50,402 bases of DNA from NCBI GenBank assembly GCA_041695225.1, contig JBGFRI010000010.1:1-50402 (forward strand). Direction: 5' to 3'. A model generated the notes under the pieces. That model saw only the letters and a program-made list of their open reading frames with translations. It had not been told where the DNA came from and searched no databases. A program made the position numbers and the translations under genes. Position 1 is the first letter of the stretch; every line of letters starts with the position of its first letter. The stretch comes from Deinococcota bacterium. Its GTDB lineage: Bacteria; Deinococcota; Deinococci; Deinococcales; Thermaceae. Shown here one piece after another: positions 10,547 to 20,658 of this stretch.

Positions 10547-11389
10547 TTATGGCTCTCTGACAAAGCCCCAGCTTGTAACCGCGGGATAAGAGCCCAACAC
10601 CTTGACAAACGAAGCCCGGCGCAACAATGTGAGCAAGGCCTGGGAGGGGCCAGGGTCTTCGGCGTGGCCCTCGAAATCGGCATAAAAGATAGGGGAGAAG
10701 GGGCGGTCGGGGTCGCGGCGAGGACGCGACTCGAGCTTGGTCAGATTAATTCCCTGATCTGCAAAGGCCTGTAACGCCGCCAGCAGCTCACCGGGTCGGT
10801 GGCGGGTGGTGAAGACCACCGAGGTTTTGTATGGGCCTTCGCTTCGGGGTAAGTCCTCCCGTGAAAGCACAAAAAAGCGGGTGTAGTTGCCGACAAAGTC
10901 CTGGATAGCCTCGGCCAGGATGGCCAGGCCATAGCGCTCGGCGGCGCGGCGGCTGGCAATGGCGGCCAGTCCTGGCTGGGGGTGCTCGGCCAGTTCGCGG
11001 GCGGCGCCAGCAGTGTCGAAAACGGGCTCGGCCTCGAGCCTGTACCGGGCAATAAACCCGTCGCACTGGGCCAGCCCCTGCGGGTGGCTCTTAACCTTGC
11101 GGATATCCTCGAGGCGTGTTCCGGGCGGCGCCAGCAAGCAATGCTCGACTTTTAGCACCAGTTCCCCCACTACATGCAGGTCGGTTTCTAGCAGCAGGTC
11201 GTAGGTCTGGTTGATGATCCCGGCGGTGGTGTTTTCCACCGGAACTACGCCGAGGTCCACCTCATTACTGGTAACGGCCGAAAAAACCTGGTGAAAGGTG
11301 GGCAGCCCGATGGTCTGTGCGCCAGGAAAGGCTCTGAGCGAAGCCTCCTCGCTATAGGCTCCCTCGGTTCCCTGGAAGGCGATTCGCAT
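10547..11389 (-). CDS. pheA: Prephenate dehydratase
   Basis: IAFQGTEGAYSE, VPVEN, SHPQGLAQC, NYTRF, C-terminal ACT domain INLTKLESRP. Confidence 0.96.
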   Translation of the reverse strand: MRIAFQGTEGAYSEEASLRAFPGAQTIGLPTFHQVFSAVTSNEVDLGVVPVENTTAGIINQTYDLLLETDLHVVGELVLKVEHCLLAPPGTRLEDIRKVKSHPQGLAQCDGFIARYRLEAEPVFDTAGAARELAEHPQPGLAAIASRRAAERYGLAILAEAIQDFVGNYTRFFVLSREDLPRSEGPYKTSVVFTTRHRPGELLAALQAFADQGINLTKLESRPRRDPDRPFSPIFYADFEGHAEDPGPSQALLTLLRRASFVKVLGSYPAVTSWGFVREP

Positions 11390-11426
11390 AACGTAGCCAA
11401 GTATAAGTTTTTTCCGTTTGAATAGA

Positions 11427-11493
11427 AGCTGATAGCCGATAGCTGACGGCTGATAGCAACAACCGCTTTTAGCTATCCGCTATGATCTATGAG
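11427..11493. repeat. Heptamer array, inverted arms
   Basis: gctgatagccgatagctgacggctgatagc ... gcttttagctatccgctatgatctatgagc, in the divergent pheA/fem gap. Confidence 0.75.
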
Positions 11494-11520
11494 CCTGTTG
11501 ATGAGGCATAATGGTAGATC

Positions 11521-12543
11521 GTGCTCAGAGTGGAACCCATCACCGACGCGACTATCTGGAATCAAATAGTCTCGTCGCTGCCCATTAGCAGTGCCCTGCA
11601 GTCGTGGGGCTGGGGTGAGGTAAAAAGGCTCTCGGGCTGGCAGCCAGAGCGCCTGGTGCTCTACCAGCGCGACGCGTTGATTGCCGCGGTACAGCTGTTT
11701 CGTCGCCGGCTCTTTGGCCCAGTCGCTATGCTCTACTCACCGCGTGGTCCGGCACTGCGAAACCTCCAGGACCTGCCTGAGGTTATCGAAACCCTCAAAC
11801 CAGTGGCCAGAGGTGCGGTGTATTTGAGGCTCGAGCCCGAAACCGGCCAGCCGGCTGAGCAGGCTGCGCCAGAGTTTCCCCAGGTGCCAGTAGGGGAGTC
11901 CATCCAGCCCGAGTACACCATCTGGCTCGACCTGACCCTGGGGCCAGACGGCTTGCTTGCCACGATGAACAACATGCACCGTCGCAATACCCGGCTGGCT
12001 GCGAGGCGCGTGGTTACGAGTATCGAAGGCCCCGAAGCCTTCGAGGAGTTCTGGCAACTATTCGAGGAAACCAACCGGCGGGCCCGGTTGATGCAGCACT
12101 CCAAAACCTACTACCAGACGGTACTCAAGCAGATGAACCAGCCGCTAGGCCGGGCATTCATCTGCATTTCCCGCCTGGACGGCAAGGCGCTGGCAGCGGG
12201 ATTATTTGTGGCTTTTGCCGGTAAAGTGGACTACCTATACGGTGGCAGTAGCCGCGAAAACTCCAGTGCCAAGGCTCCCAGCGGGATGCACTGGGGAGCC
12301 ATCAACTGGGGTATTGAAAACGGCTACCGCATTTACGACCTATGGGGCGTGCCGCGTAAAAGCGAGGGCAGCCATGCCGCAGGAATTGATGCCTTTAAGG
12401 AAGGCTTTGGCGGCAGTCGGGTTCGTTTTCCTGCTTACGATGTGGCTCTCTCGCCGCTCTATGGAGTGTTCAATAAAGCCCTGCGGCTGCGCAGGAGCTG
12501 GATTAACTACCGCGCTCGCGGCACTACCAGAGACCTGCTGTAG
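11521..12543 (+). CDS. FemABX-family peptidoglycan bridge aminoacyltransferase
   Basis: LQSWGWGEVK, YSPRGP, YLYGGS, YDLWG, FKEGFGG motifs. Confidence 0.9.
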   Translation: MLRVEPITDATIWNQIVSSLPISSALQSWGWGEVKRLSGWQPERLVLYQRDALIAAVQLFRRRLFGPVAMLYSPRGPALRNLQDLPEVIETLKPVARGAVYLRLEPETGQPAEQAAPEFPQVPVGESIQPEYTIWLDLTLGPDGLLATMNNMHRRNTRLAARRVVTSIEGPEAFEEFWQLFEETNRRARLMQHSKTYYQTVLKQMNQPLGRAFICISRLDGKALAAGLFVAFAGKVDYLYGGSSRENSSAKAPSGMHWGAINWGIENGYRIYDLWGVPRKSEGSHAAGIDAFKEGFGGSRVRFPAYDVALSPLYGVFNKALRLRRSWINYRARGTTRDLL

Positions 12544-12711
12544 GGCTTTAGCAAAGCCCAGGCTACACAACCGGTCAAAAGCAAACGGAGCTGCCGCTCT
12601 GGGCATTTCTGGCGGCATGACCGAAAGCAAAATGCCATGTTACAGACCTGTCTACCCCAGGCTTTTGAGTTTTTGACGGTGAAATGTGCCGGAGTGTTCA
12701 GTATTCGATTT

Positions 12712-12937
12712 ATGACCTGCGACATTCTATGCCGATAGCCGATAGCCCATAGCTAATAGCCTAAAGCCTAAAGCCTAAAGCCTAAAGCTAAAAGCCGAAA
12801 GCTAAAGGCTAAAGGCTGAAGGCCTTCAGCCTTTATTTGACCTGCGACCTTAGACTGACCCTCGACCCCCGACTAACTTCCGACCTGCGACTAAAAAGGT
12901 CGAAAGTCGAAAGTCCAAAGTCAAAAGACCTTCGACC
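12712..12937. repeat. Composite heptamer array
   Basis: (GCCGATA)n, (GCCTAAA)n, GACCTGC units; 52-bp block 12886-12937 identical to 15710-15761. Confidence 0.92.
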
Positions 12938-13057
12938 AAGGACTGTATCCTGGCTAAAGATGACCAGCAGCGGCCAGACGTGGTGTGACCAGTCTGAGCT
13001 AACGACCTTTAGCCCTATATTCACGCTTCTTAGCGACCTTGCTTCTACCCTCTAGCC

Positions 13058-13627
13058 GTGGTTCCTGCTGCGCTTGTTACCTTGGGCATTATTGGGGTGC
13101 TCTCGCTTTTTTTGGTGAGCCGCCCGGTTCCCACGCCTGCTACCCCAGACCGCGGGGTGAGGCTCGAGAATGTCCGCCTGACCCTCTACCCCGAGCAAGA
13201 CCCCCAGGCGCGGTGGGAGTTTGCCGCTGCCCAGGTTGAGCAAGACCCCGGCACCCGCGAGGCCAGAGTAACTGGCCTGCAGTCAGGGCAGCGGTTTGTG
13301 GAAAACCGCCTCGACATGCGGCTTTCGGCCCCGGAGGTAGTCATTGACCGGGCGGATAACCTGCGGCTGCCCTATGCCAGGGTAGAAATACTCAAGGGTT
13401 GCTACACCGTCAGCCTGGGACGGCCAGGCGAGGCGCCGGTCACCATTGACCAGCGAGAGGGCTTCCGCGCCCCGAGCGTCTTGATCACTGCCCCAAGCCT
13501 GGAAGTGCGGGGCAGAGACTTCAAAAGCGATTTTGGAATCGAGAACCCCAGCTGGCGTGATCCCATCGAAAGGTTCATCTCCGGTGGGGAGCAGCCACCC
13601 TGCCCAATCGAAGGGGGTAGTTCGTGA
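13058..13627 (+). CDS. LptC-like membrane-anchored protein
   Basis: Single N-terminal TM helix then beta-rich domain; first gene of an operon with OstA/LptA-like genes. Confidence 0.55.
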   Translation: MVPAALVTLGIIGVLSLFLVSRPVPTPATPDRGVRLENVRLTLYPEQDPQARWEFAAAQVEQDPGTREARVTGLQSGQRFVENRLDMRLSAPEVVIDRADNLRLPYARVEILKGCYTVSLGRPGEAPVTIDQREGFRAPSVLITAPSLEVRGRDFKSDFGIENPSWRDPIERFISGGEQPPCPIEGGSS

Positions 13628-14535
13628 AACGCATTGGTTTTATCGTTTTTCTGTTGATGCTGGTTGTACTGGCCCAGAGCAGGGAACAGCGCATTATCAC
13701 CATCGAGGCGCCTGGCGGCCAGCGTTCTGGCAATCTGCGAAACGGCCCCTGGGTTTACGATGGGGCCAGGCCGGGCGGGGTAATCGGCCGGGTCAAAGAT
13801 CTGGAAATCAATGCGACCCGCGCGGTTTTGGAAGCACCTCCGGGCAAGACCATGCAGGAGGCCGAGGGCGAAAGAGTGGCCTCGTTTGAGGGCGGCGTGA
13901 CCGTCAGGCGCGACCGCATGACGGCTACCGGCCCCAGGCTGGTCTACCGCGAGTCCAGCGGACGCGGCTCCCTGGATGGTAACGCGCGCATGCGGCAAGA
14001 ACCCCGCGACAGAGATAGCGACCCGGTAGAAGTAACGGCGCCGCGCATGACTTTCGAGGTAGACACCAATATCTCTACCAGTGAAGGCGGCGTGACCCTC
14101 AGGAGTGGCCGCCAGGAAGGGCGCTCCGACCGGGTGTACTACGAGGAAGACCGCGGCCTGGCGGTTTTTAACGACGACCGGGAGGTAGTTCTGGTGCGCA
14201 AACGCGAGGGTAGGGGAGACCTGGTGATCCGGGCCAGAGAAATCCGCAGCCTGACCGACGAACGACGCCTGCTTGCCACGGGGGGCGTGACCCTGGTGGA
14301 CGGCGAGATCACCACGACCGGGGCCAGTCTGATGTATAACGACAACACCGGCGAGGCCGTCATTGTCGCCGGGCGGGTGGGCAACCAGAACGTACCTGCC
14401 CGCAGCGTTAATGCCAGGGAGCGGGCTACCCTTTCGGGTAACTCGCTGCTGCACAACGTGAACCGTTCGCAGGTGCGGGTTCTGGCCCAGGCGCCCCGTC
14501 TGCCGGTGAACGATTTCCGCAAGTTGAGTGAATAA
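13624..14535 (+). CDS. LptA/OstA-family beta-jellyroll protein
   Basis: Signal peptide; repeated FEGGVTV, LDGNARM, ATGGVTL strand-turn motifs; GTGA overlap with upstream gene. Confidence 0.75.
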   Translation: MKRIGFIVFLLMLVVLAQSREQRIITIEAPGGQRSGNLRNGPWVYDGARPGGVIGRVKDLEINATRAVLEAPPGKTMQEAEGERVASFEGGVTVRRDRMTATGPRLVYRESSGRGSLDGNARMRQEPRDRDSDPVEVTAPRMTFEVDTNISTSEGGVTLRSGRQEGRSDRVYYEEDRGLAVFNDDREVVLVRKREGRGDLVIRAREIRSLTDERRLLATGGVTLVDGEITTTGASLMYNDNTGEAVIVAGRVGNQNVPARSVNARERATLSGNSLLHNVNRSQVRVLAQAPRLPVNDFRKLSE

Positions 14536-14543
14536 TAAAACCC

Positions 14544-15536
14544 ATGCGTTGGTTCTGGCTGGTATTGGCGCTGTTGTTGCTGGTGGGGCTGGCCCAGCAA
14601 GAGCCGGAGCCTTCTTTTCAGACTACCGCCGAGATCGAGCGGCGCGGCAAGAGGATTGTAGTAGTCAAGACCGGGCCAGATAACCCCCCGGCCATCATCG
14701 AATTGCGGGATTTGCACGGGGGAGTTATCACCGCCCTGAACCCCGAGAAGAAAAGCCTTAGCATAGGTGACCAGGAGTTCACGACCGATAACCTGACCCG
14801 TTTCTGGCATGAAGGAAGGGCCGTAGAGTTTGCCGATCTGAGTGTAGGGCAACAGGTGCGACTGGAGGTGGCCGAACAGATGGATGGCTCGCTGCTGGCC
14901 TTCGACGTACAGATTGGGGGTAGGGCCGAGGGCCCCTCCCTAACCCGGTCGCTTTTTGCCGACCCGCCTCCCTTTCGCGTCCAGATTACCTTTGGCGACG
15001 ATGCCAGGGCCTTTGGGGCCATCGCCCGGGTGGAGCAGATCCGCGAAGTGAACGATTTTGTCTTCATGACCGGAGGTACCGCCCGGTACTTAGAGGAAGA
15101 GGATCGCCTGGAAATAGAGTTGAAGCCTGCGCCCAGAGCAGTGGAATTGCAGCAAGGCCAGAGCCGGGTCTGGGGCAGCCGCCTCGACTACGACAACGAG
15201 AGTGGAGATGCGCGGTTGTCGGGGCCAATTGAACTCGAGCGCTCTGGCGACAAACCCCTTCAGGGCAGCGCCCAGAGCATGATCTATAACGTTGACGACG
15301 AAATTCTCCGTCTGTTTGGCGAGGTTAGGCTGTTGCAGGATGGCCGCATCTCTACTGCGGCTAGCGCGGTGGTTCGCGAGAAAGACCGCGTAGCTTACCT
15401 TTTTGGCTCGAGAGACAGACCGGTGCGTAGCCAGAACCAGGATGGTTTTGTGGAAGGAACCCGCCTGCTCTACAACCTCAATACAGGCGATGTGGTGGTG
15501 CTGGAAGGGGTTAGAGGGGAGTTCCAGGACCCCTAG
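14544..15536 (+). CDS. LptA/OstA-like protein with an inserted OB-fold (DUF5666-like) segment
   Basis: Signal peptide; GVITALN...DLSVGQQVRLE OB-like motif; C-terminal LSGPIEL, LFGEVRL, LEGVRG jellyroll repeats. Confidence 0.65.
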   Translation: MRWFWLVLALLLLVGLAQQEPEPSFQTTAEIERRGKRIVVVKTGPDNPPAIIELRDLHGGVITALNPEKKSLSIGDQEFTTDNLTRFWHEGRAVEFADLSVGQQVRLEVAEQMDGSLLAFDVQIGGRAEGPSLTRSLFADPPPFRVQITFGDDARAFGAIARVEQIREVNDFVFMTGGTARYLEEEDRLEIELKPAPRAVELQQGQSRVWGSRLDYDNESGDARLSGPIELERSGDKPLQGSAQSMIYNVDDEILRLFGEVRLLQDGRISTAASAVVREKDRVAYLFGSRDRPVRSQNQDGFVEGTRLLYNLNTGDVVVLEGVRGEFQDP

Positions 15537-15593
15537 GGGGCACTTCTACTCGGGCCGAGCTTGATGGGGCGGTGCAGCCTGTTGAACAGTTGC

Positions 15594-15822
15594 TTCGACC
15601 CTCGACTTTAGGCCTGGGACTTGTGACCTGCGACATCCAATGAGTCGATAGTCGATGGTCGATAGCCTATGGTCAATGGCTGATAGCCAATAGCTGATAG
15701 CTTTTGACTTGCGACTAAAAAGGTCGAAAGTCGAAAGTCCAAAGTCAAAAGACCTTCGACCTTCGACTTTAGGCCTGCGACCTGAGACCCGAGACCTGCG
15801 ACTGACTTTTGACCCTCGACCT
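15594..15822. repeat. Composite heptamer array
   Basis: Contains the 49-bp core (reverse complement, 15639-15687) and the 52-bp block (15710-15761); abuts stop of E1 beta at 15823. Confidence 0.93.
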
Positions 15823-16821
15823 TCAGTGGGTCAAAACTTTACGAACCGCATCCAGGACACGTCTGGCATCGGGGCGGTAAAAGTGTTCTACGGCACTAAA
15901 CGGTGGGTAGGGCGCATCCCAGCCCGCGACCCGCAGGATGGGGGCTTGCAGGTAGTCCAGGGCTTCCTCGGCGATGCGGGCCGCTATCTCTGCGCCAAAG
16001 CCAGCGGTACGCATGGCCTCGTAAACCAACACCGCTCGGCCTGTTTTGCGAACCGAGTCCAGGATGGTTGGGGCATCCAGTGGAACCAGGGTCTCGAGGT
16101 CCACAATTTCCAGCTCGACACCCTCTTTTGCTGCAACCTCGGCGGCTTTCTGGCAGACCTCCACCATCCCGCCGTAGCAGATCAGGCTGGCCGCGTCCCC
16201 CTCACGTAGCACCCGGGCCTTGCCGATAGGCAGGGTGTAGTAGCCTTCTGGCACCTGGGCCCGGACCCCGCGGTAGAGTTTTATGGCCTCCAGAAAGAAT
16301 ACCGGGTCGGGGTCTTCGATGGCCGCCAGCAAAAGCCCCTTGGCCCGCTCCGGCGAGGAGGGAATTACCACCTTTACCCCCGGTGTGTGGCAGAGGATGG
16401 CCTCGGGGCTGTCGGCGTGCTGCTCGGGGGTCTTGACCCCTCCGCCATAAGGGGCACGGATGACCATGGGGATGGTGAAACGCCCCCGGGTGCGGTGGCG
16501 CATACGGCCCAGGTGCGACATGATCTGATCCAGCGCCGGGTACAAGAACCCCGCGAACTGTATCTCGGCTACCGGACGCAGACCGGTCATGGCCATGCCG
16601 ATGCCAAAGCCCACTATGCCCGACTCGGCCAGGGGTGTGTCGAAGACCCGCTTCTCGCCGTACTTTTGCAACAGGCCGTCGGAAGCGCGGAAAACCCCGC
16701 CCATGGTGCCTACATCCTCCCCGAAGAGCACTACTCGCTCGTCCTGAGACAGGGCCAGATCCAGGGCTTCGTTTATGGCCTGTACGTTGTTCAGCACCCG
16801 TGTTTCACGCTCCGCAATCAT
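15823..16821 (-). CDS. pdhB: 2-oxoacid (pyruvate-type) dehydrogenase E1 beta subunit
   Basis: GEDVG, DTPLAE, AEIQF, PYGGG; ATG at 16821 preceded by GGAGG. Confidence 0.93.
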   Translation of the reverse strand: MIAERETRVLNNVQAINEALDLALSQDERVVLFGEDVGTMGGVFRASDGLLQKYGEKRVFDTPLAESGIVGFGIGMAMTGLRPVAEIQFAGFLYPALDQIMSHLGRMRHRTRGRFTIPMVIRAPYGGGVKTPEQHADSPEAILCHTPGVKVVIPSSPERAKGLLLAAIEDPDPVFFLEAIKLYRGVRAQVPEGYYTLPIGKARVLREGDAASLICYGGMVEVCQKAAEVAAKEGVELEIVDLETLVPLDAPTILDSVRKTGRAVLVYEAMRTAGFGAEIAARIAEEALDYLQAPILRVAGWDAPYPPFSAVEHFYRPDARRVLDAVRKVLTH

Positions 16822-16930
16822 GCTGTGCCTCCGGTAACTCTGTCGGCTGATGGCAGACATGGGTTTGATAGACTGCCCAGGGTCGCATACTCAGTGCAAG
16901 TCGTGCGACCTCCGAGTTTACCAGCCAGCC

Positions 16931-17965
16931 TCATGGCTCACCCCGCAGGTAGTTCCAGGCGGCCTGCTGGTCCGGCTGCATCTCGGCGTATACCTGCTCC
17001 ACGATCTCCCAGGGCTTTGGCTCGGGGGCCTGGTCGGCCTCCTCTAGCGCGGCCAGGAATTCGCGCTCGAGCTCCTGGTCAAGCTCGGCTTCCTGGGCCT
17101 GGTCCCACAGGCCCAGGTGCAGCAGACAGGCTTTCATCCGCAGTACTGGGTCTCGCCGGAGCCAGCGCTCGGTTTCATCCTCGGTGCGGTAGCGGCCGGG
17201 GTCGTCGGAGGAGGTATGCGGCGCTACCCGGTAGGTGATGGCCTCAATCAGGGTAGGGCCCTGGCCTTTTCTGGCCCGTTCGACCGCCTCCCTGGCGGTG
17301 CTCCACACCGCTACCAGGTCATTGCCATCCACGGCCACCCCGGTAATTCCGTAGCCCTGGGCCTTAAGGGCGATACGGTCTATTTTCATCTGCTTTTGGG
17401 TGGGTACGCTGATAGCCCAGCCGTTGTTCTGCACTACGACCAGTAGGGGCGCGCCAAAGACCGCTGCGAAATTGAGACCCTCGTGAAAATCACCTTCGGA
17501 AGTGCCGCCATCGCCGATAAAAGCCGCTACTACCGCGTCACTACCCGCGAGGGTCTGGGCATGAGCCAGCCCTGCCGCCTGGGGAATTTGGGTGGCGATG
17601 GGAATGTAAAACTGAACCATGTTTACACCCTGGGGAATCTGCCAGCCTGCGGGGTCGGCCCGCCAGCTCAGAATGAGCCTCGAGATGGGCATCCCAAAGG
17701 TTAGGGCTGCGGCAGTCTCGCGGTAGCTGGGGCACAGCCAGTCCTTGTGAGGCTCAAGACATAAAGCCACTCCAACCTGGGCGGCTTCCTGTCCACGAAA
17801 GGGCGGGTAGACCCCCAGCCGTCCCTGGCGCTGCAACACCAGGGCCCGCTCATCAAAGTGCCTGGCCCGGCGCAGGGCCTGGTAGCCCTGAAGCAATTCT
17901 GTACTGCTTAGGAGCAGATCCTTTAGCGGCCTACCGCCGTCGTCGAGATATTGAACTGTGTCCAC
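16931..17965 (-). CDS. pdhA: 2-oxoacid (pyruvate-type) dehydrogenase E1 alpha subunit
   Basis: LQRQGR, GQEA, TPP motif GDGGTSEGDFHEGLNFA..NN, PHTSSDDP; probable leaderless GTG 7 nt after TAAACT. Confidence 0.92.
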   Translation of the reverse strand: MDTVQYLDDGGRPLKDLLLSSTELLQGYQALRRARHFDERALVLQRQGRLGVYPPFRGQEAAQVGVALCLEPHKDWLCPSYRETAAALTFGMPISRLILSWRADPAGWQIPQGVNMVQFYIPIATQIPQAAGLAHAQTLAGSDAVVAAFIGDGGTSEGDFHEGLNFAAVFGAPLLVVVQNNGWAISVPTQKQMKIDRIALKAQGYGITGVAVDGNDLVAVWSTAREAVERARKGQGPTLIEAITYRVAPHTSSDDPGRYRTEDETERWLRRDPVLRMKACLLHLGLWDQAQEAELDQELEREFLAALEEADQAPEPKPWEIVEQVYAEMQPDQQAAWNYLRGEP

Positions 17966-18028
17966 GGTACTAAGTTTAGCCCAAGAATGGTTAACTGGAT
18001 GGCCCTGCGCTATAAGCCTGAAGCACAT

Positions 18029-18330
18029 AGAATGTCGCAGGTCTCAGGTCGCAAGTCGCAGGTCGAAGATTAGAAATTGCTCGAGGGTCGCAGGTCAGAC
18101 GTTAGTCGAAGGTCTAAAGTCGAAGGTCGAAGGTCTCTTGACTTCGGACTCTCGACTTTGGGCCTTTTTAGTCGCGGGTCAAATGCTATCAGCTATCGGC
18201 TATCAGCTATCAGCCATTGACCATAGGCTATCGACCATTGACTATCGACTCATTAATGTCTCAGGTCGCAAGTCGCAGGTCACAAGTCAAAAGCTATCAG
18301 CTATGGGCTATCGGCTATTAGCTATCAGCT
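18029..18330. repeat. Composite heptamer array, the longest copy; overlaps clpA 3' end
   Basis: GTCGCAG, GTCGAAG and GCTATCA modules; 49-bp core at 18206-18254. Confidence 0.95.
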
Positions 18331-20587
18331 TAATCTCGTCGCCCTGGCGCAGAATGTGCAGGCACCCCCCGTTTTTCAATGAGCCAAACAAGAGCAAGTC
18401 GGCCAGGGGTTTTTTGATGCGCTCCTGGATCAGGCGGGCCAGCGGCCGGGCGCCCATCAGCCGGTCGTAGCCTTTTTCGGCCAGCCAGTCCAGGGCTTCG
18501 GAGCTGACCTCCAGATCAACCTTGCGCTCTTTGAGCTGGGCCTTTAGCTGCCGCAAGAACTTGCCCACGATCTGCTGCATTACACCAGGGGAGAGGGGGT
18601 CAAAGCGCACAATGGCGTCGAGCCGGTTGCGAAACTCGGGGGTAAAAAGGCGCTTGAGGGCTTCGTCGCTGGCCTCTTCTCGGGTGCCCCCCAGGAATCC
18701 TACCCGCAGCTCGCTGGCCTCGGCAGCCCCGGCGTTGGTAGTCATGATCAGGACGGTGCTGCGGAAGTCTACGGTTTTGCCGTTGTGGTCGGTGAGCTTG
18801 CCATAGTCCATAACCTGCAACAGAATGGCATACAGGTCGGGGTGGGCTTTCTCGATCTCGTCGAGCAGGAGCACACAGTGGGGGTTTTGCAGCACGGCAT
18901 CGGTCAGCAGGCCGCCCTGGTCAAAACCTACGTACCCCGGGGGAGCCCCGATCAGGCGCGAGACTGAGTGTTTTTCCATGTATTCCGACATGTCGAAGCG
19001 CAACAATGGAACCCCCAGCGAGGCAGCCAGCTGGCGGGCCAGCTCGGTCTTTCCCACCCCGGTGGGGCCGGCAAACAGGTACGACCCTATGGGTTTTTGC
19101 GGGTCACGCAGCCCGGCCCTCGAGAGCTTGATGGCGCTGGTTACTTCCTCAATGGCCCTGGCCTGCCCAAAGACCGCTTCTTTGATCTCGCGCTCCAAGT
19201 TGACCAGCACTGCCTCGTCGTCGCGGCTGAGGTTTTTGGCCGGAATACGGGCCATGCGGGCTACGGTGGCCTCGACCTCGGCCACCCCGATGCGGCCCTT
19301 ACGCCGGCTGGGGGGCTCTAGGGCCTGGCTGGCCCCGGCCTCATCCAGCAGGTCTAAAGCCGAGTCGGGCAGCCGACGCTCGGAAAGGTGGCGAGCGGCC
19401 AGCTCGACCGAGCGTTCCAGGGCTTGCCGGGTGTAGGAGAGCCGGTGATGGGCTTCCAGCCGCGATTTCAGCCCTTCCAAAATCTTCACCGCGTCGGCGT
19501 GGGAGGGCTCGGTGATGTCAATTTTCTGGAAGCGCCGCGCAATGGCCCGGTCTTTTTCGAAGTGTTTGAATTCAGAAAAAGTGGTGGCGCCGATACACCG
19601 GAGTTTGCCGGTCAGGGCGGGCTTTAGCAGGTTGCTGGCGTCAACGGTTGACCCCGTGGTAGAGCCCGCGCCCACGATGGTATGTATCTCGTCAATAAAC
19701 AGAATTGCGTTGGGGTGGGCCTCGAGTGCCTTCATCACCGCCTTGACCCGCTCCTCAAAGTCGCCCCTGTAGCGTGTGCCGGCCAGCAGGCTGCCCATGT
19801 CCAGCGCGAAGACCTCTGCGCCCTGCAGGCGTTCGGGTAGGGGAGCGCCGGAGGCTTTGCTTTTGCTCCCGTACTCCCCAGCCCCGCTGCGTCCGTGCTC
19901 TACGATGCGCTGTGCCAGCCCCTCTACCAGCGCAGTCTTTCCCACCCCGGGGTCGCCAACCAGCAAGGGGTTGTTCTTCTGCCGACGAGAAAGGATGGTC
20001 AGGATGCGCTCCAGCTCGGCCTCACGCCCGATCAGGGGGTCGAGTTCACCTTTCTGGGCGCGGGCGGTAAGGCTGGTGCAGTATGCTTCGAGCGGGTTCT
20101 GCGCCACGTCTGCGCTGTCTTCACCCGCCGGGGCCGGCTGGCTGGGCTGGCTTGTGCCCTTGGGGAGCACGCCCCTCGAGATAGCAGCGGTAAGTGCGGC
20201 GCGACTGATACCGAAGCTTTCCAGAAGAGCACACGCGGCGGTCTGCCGCTCGTCCATGATCGAGACCAGCACGTTGGCGCCATTGGCCTGATCGCGGCCT
20301 GCCGAGCGCATCTGGTAGACCGCCCGCTGGATCACCCGGGTAAAGCTCGAGGTGGGGTGTGGTTCTCCTGCTGCTCGGGCCTCGAGCTGCCGTAGCGACT
20401 CCTGCAACACCAGGCGCAGTGCCTGCAGGTCTGCGCCGCAGCTCTTGAGCACTCGAGCCGCATCGGGATCATCCAGCAGGGCCATTAGCAGATGCTCCAG
20501 GCCAACATACTCGTGCCGCCGCTTTAGGGCGAATTCCAGCGCGCGGCGGATGGACTGTTCCAGGGTGGGGGTCAGGGGGGTTTCCAT
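18308..20587 (-). CDS. clpA: ATP-dependent Clp protease ATP-binding subunit ClpA
   Basis: Clp N domain, two AAA+ modules (GDPGVGKT, GPTGVGKT), no middle coiled coil, RVGF loop; near clpS. Confidence 0.95.
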   Translation of the reverse strand: METPLTPTLEQSIRRALEFALKRRHEYVGLEHLLMALLDDPDAARVLKSCGADLQALRLVLQESLRQLEARAAGEPHPTSSFTRVIQRAVYQMRSAGRDQANGANVLVSIMDERQTAACALLESFGISRAALTAAISRGVLPKGTSQPSQPAPAGEDSADVAQNPLEAYCTSLTARAQKGELDPLIGREAELERILTILSRRQKNNPLLVGDPGVGKTALVEGLAQRIVEHGRSGAGEYGSKSKASGAPLPERLQGAEVFALDMGSLLAGTRYRGDFEERVKAVMKALEAHPNAILFIDEIHTIVGAGSTTGSTVDASNLLKPALTGKLRCIGATTFSEFKHFEKDRAIARRFQKIDITEPSHADAVKILEGLKSRLEAHHRLSYTRQALERSVELAARHLSERRLPDSALDLLDEAGASQALEPPSRRKGRIGVAEVEATVARMARIPAKNLSRDDEAVLVNLEREIKEAVFGQARAIEEVTSAIKLSRAGLRDPQKPIGSYLFAGPTGVGKTELARQLAASLGVPLLRFDMSEYMEKHSVSRLIGAPPGYVGFDQGGLLTDAVLQNPHCVLLLDEIEKAHPDLYAILLQVMDYGKLTDHNGKTVDFRSTVLIMTTNAGAAEASELRVGFLGGTREEASDEALKRLFTPEFRNRLDAIVRFDPLSPGVMQQIVGKFLRQLKAQLKERKVDLEVSSEALDWLAEKGYDRLMGARPLARLIQERIKKPLADLLLFGSLKNGGCLHILRQGDEIKLIANSR

Positions 20588-20658
20588 ACCTACTGGCTCG
20601 AGTCTAGCAGGCTGGCTGGTACAGAGTGTGCAGTGCAGCAGGTAGCAGGCAGGGCTGT

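Noticed and set aside
12833..13055. Small ORFs reading through arrays (also 17958-18470, 21704-21940, 25111-25422, 30516-30803, 50099-50293)
   Set aside because: Low-complexity translations of the heptamers (SYQLSAIG, RSQVAG, LRPST) with no RBS; treated as non-coding
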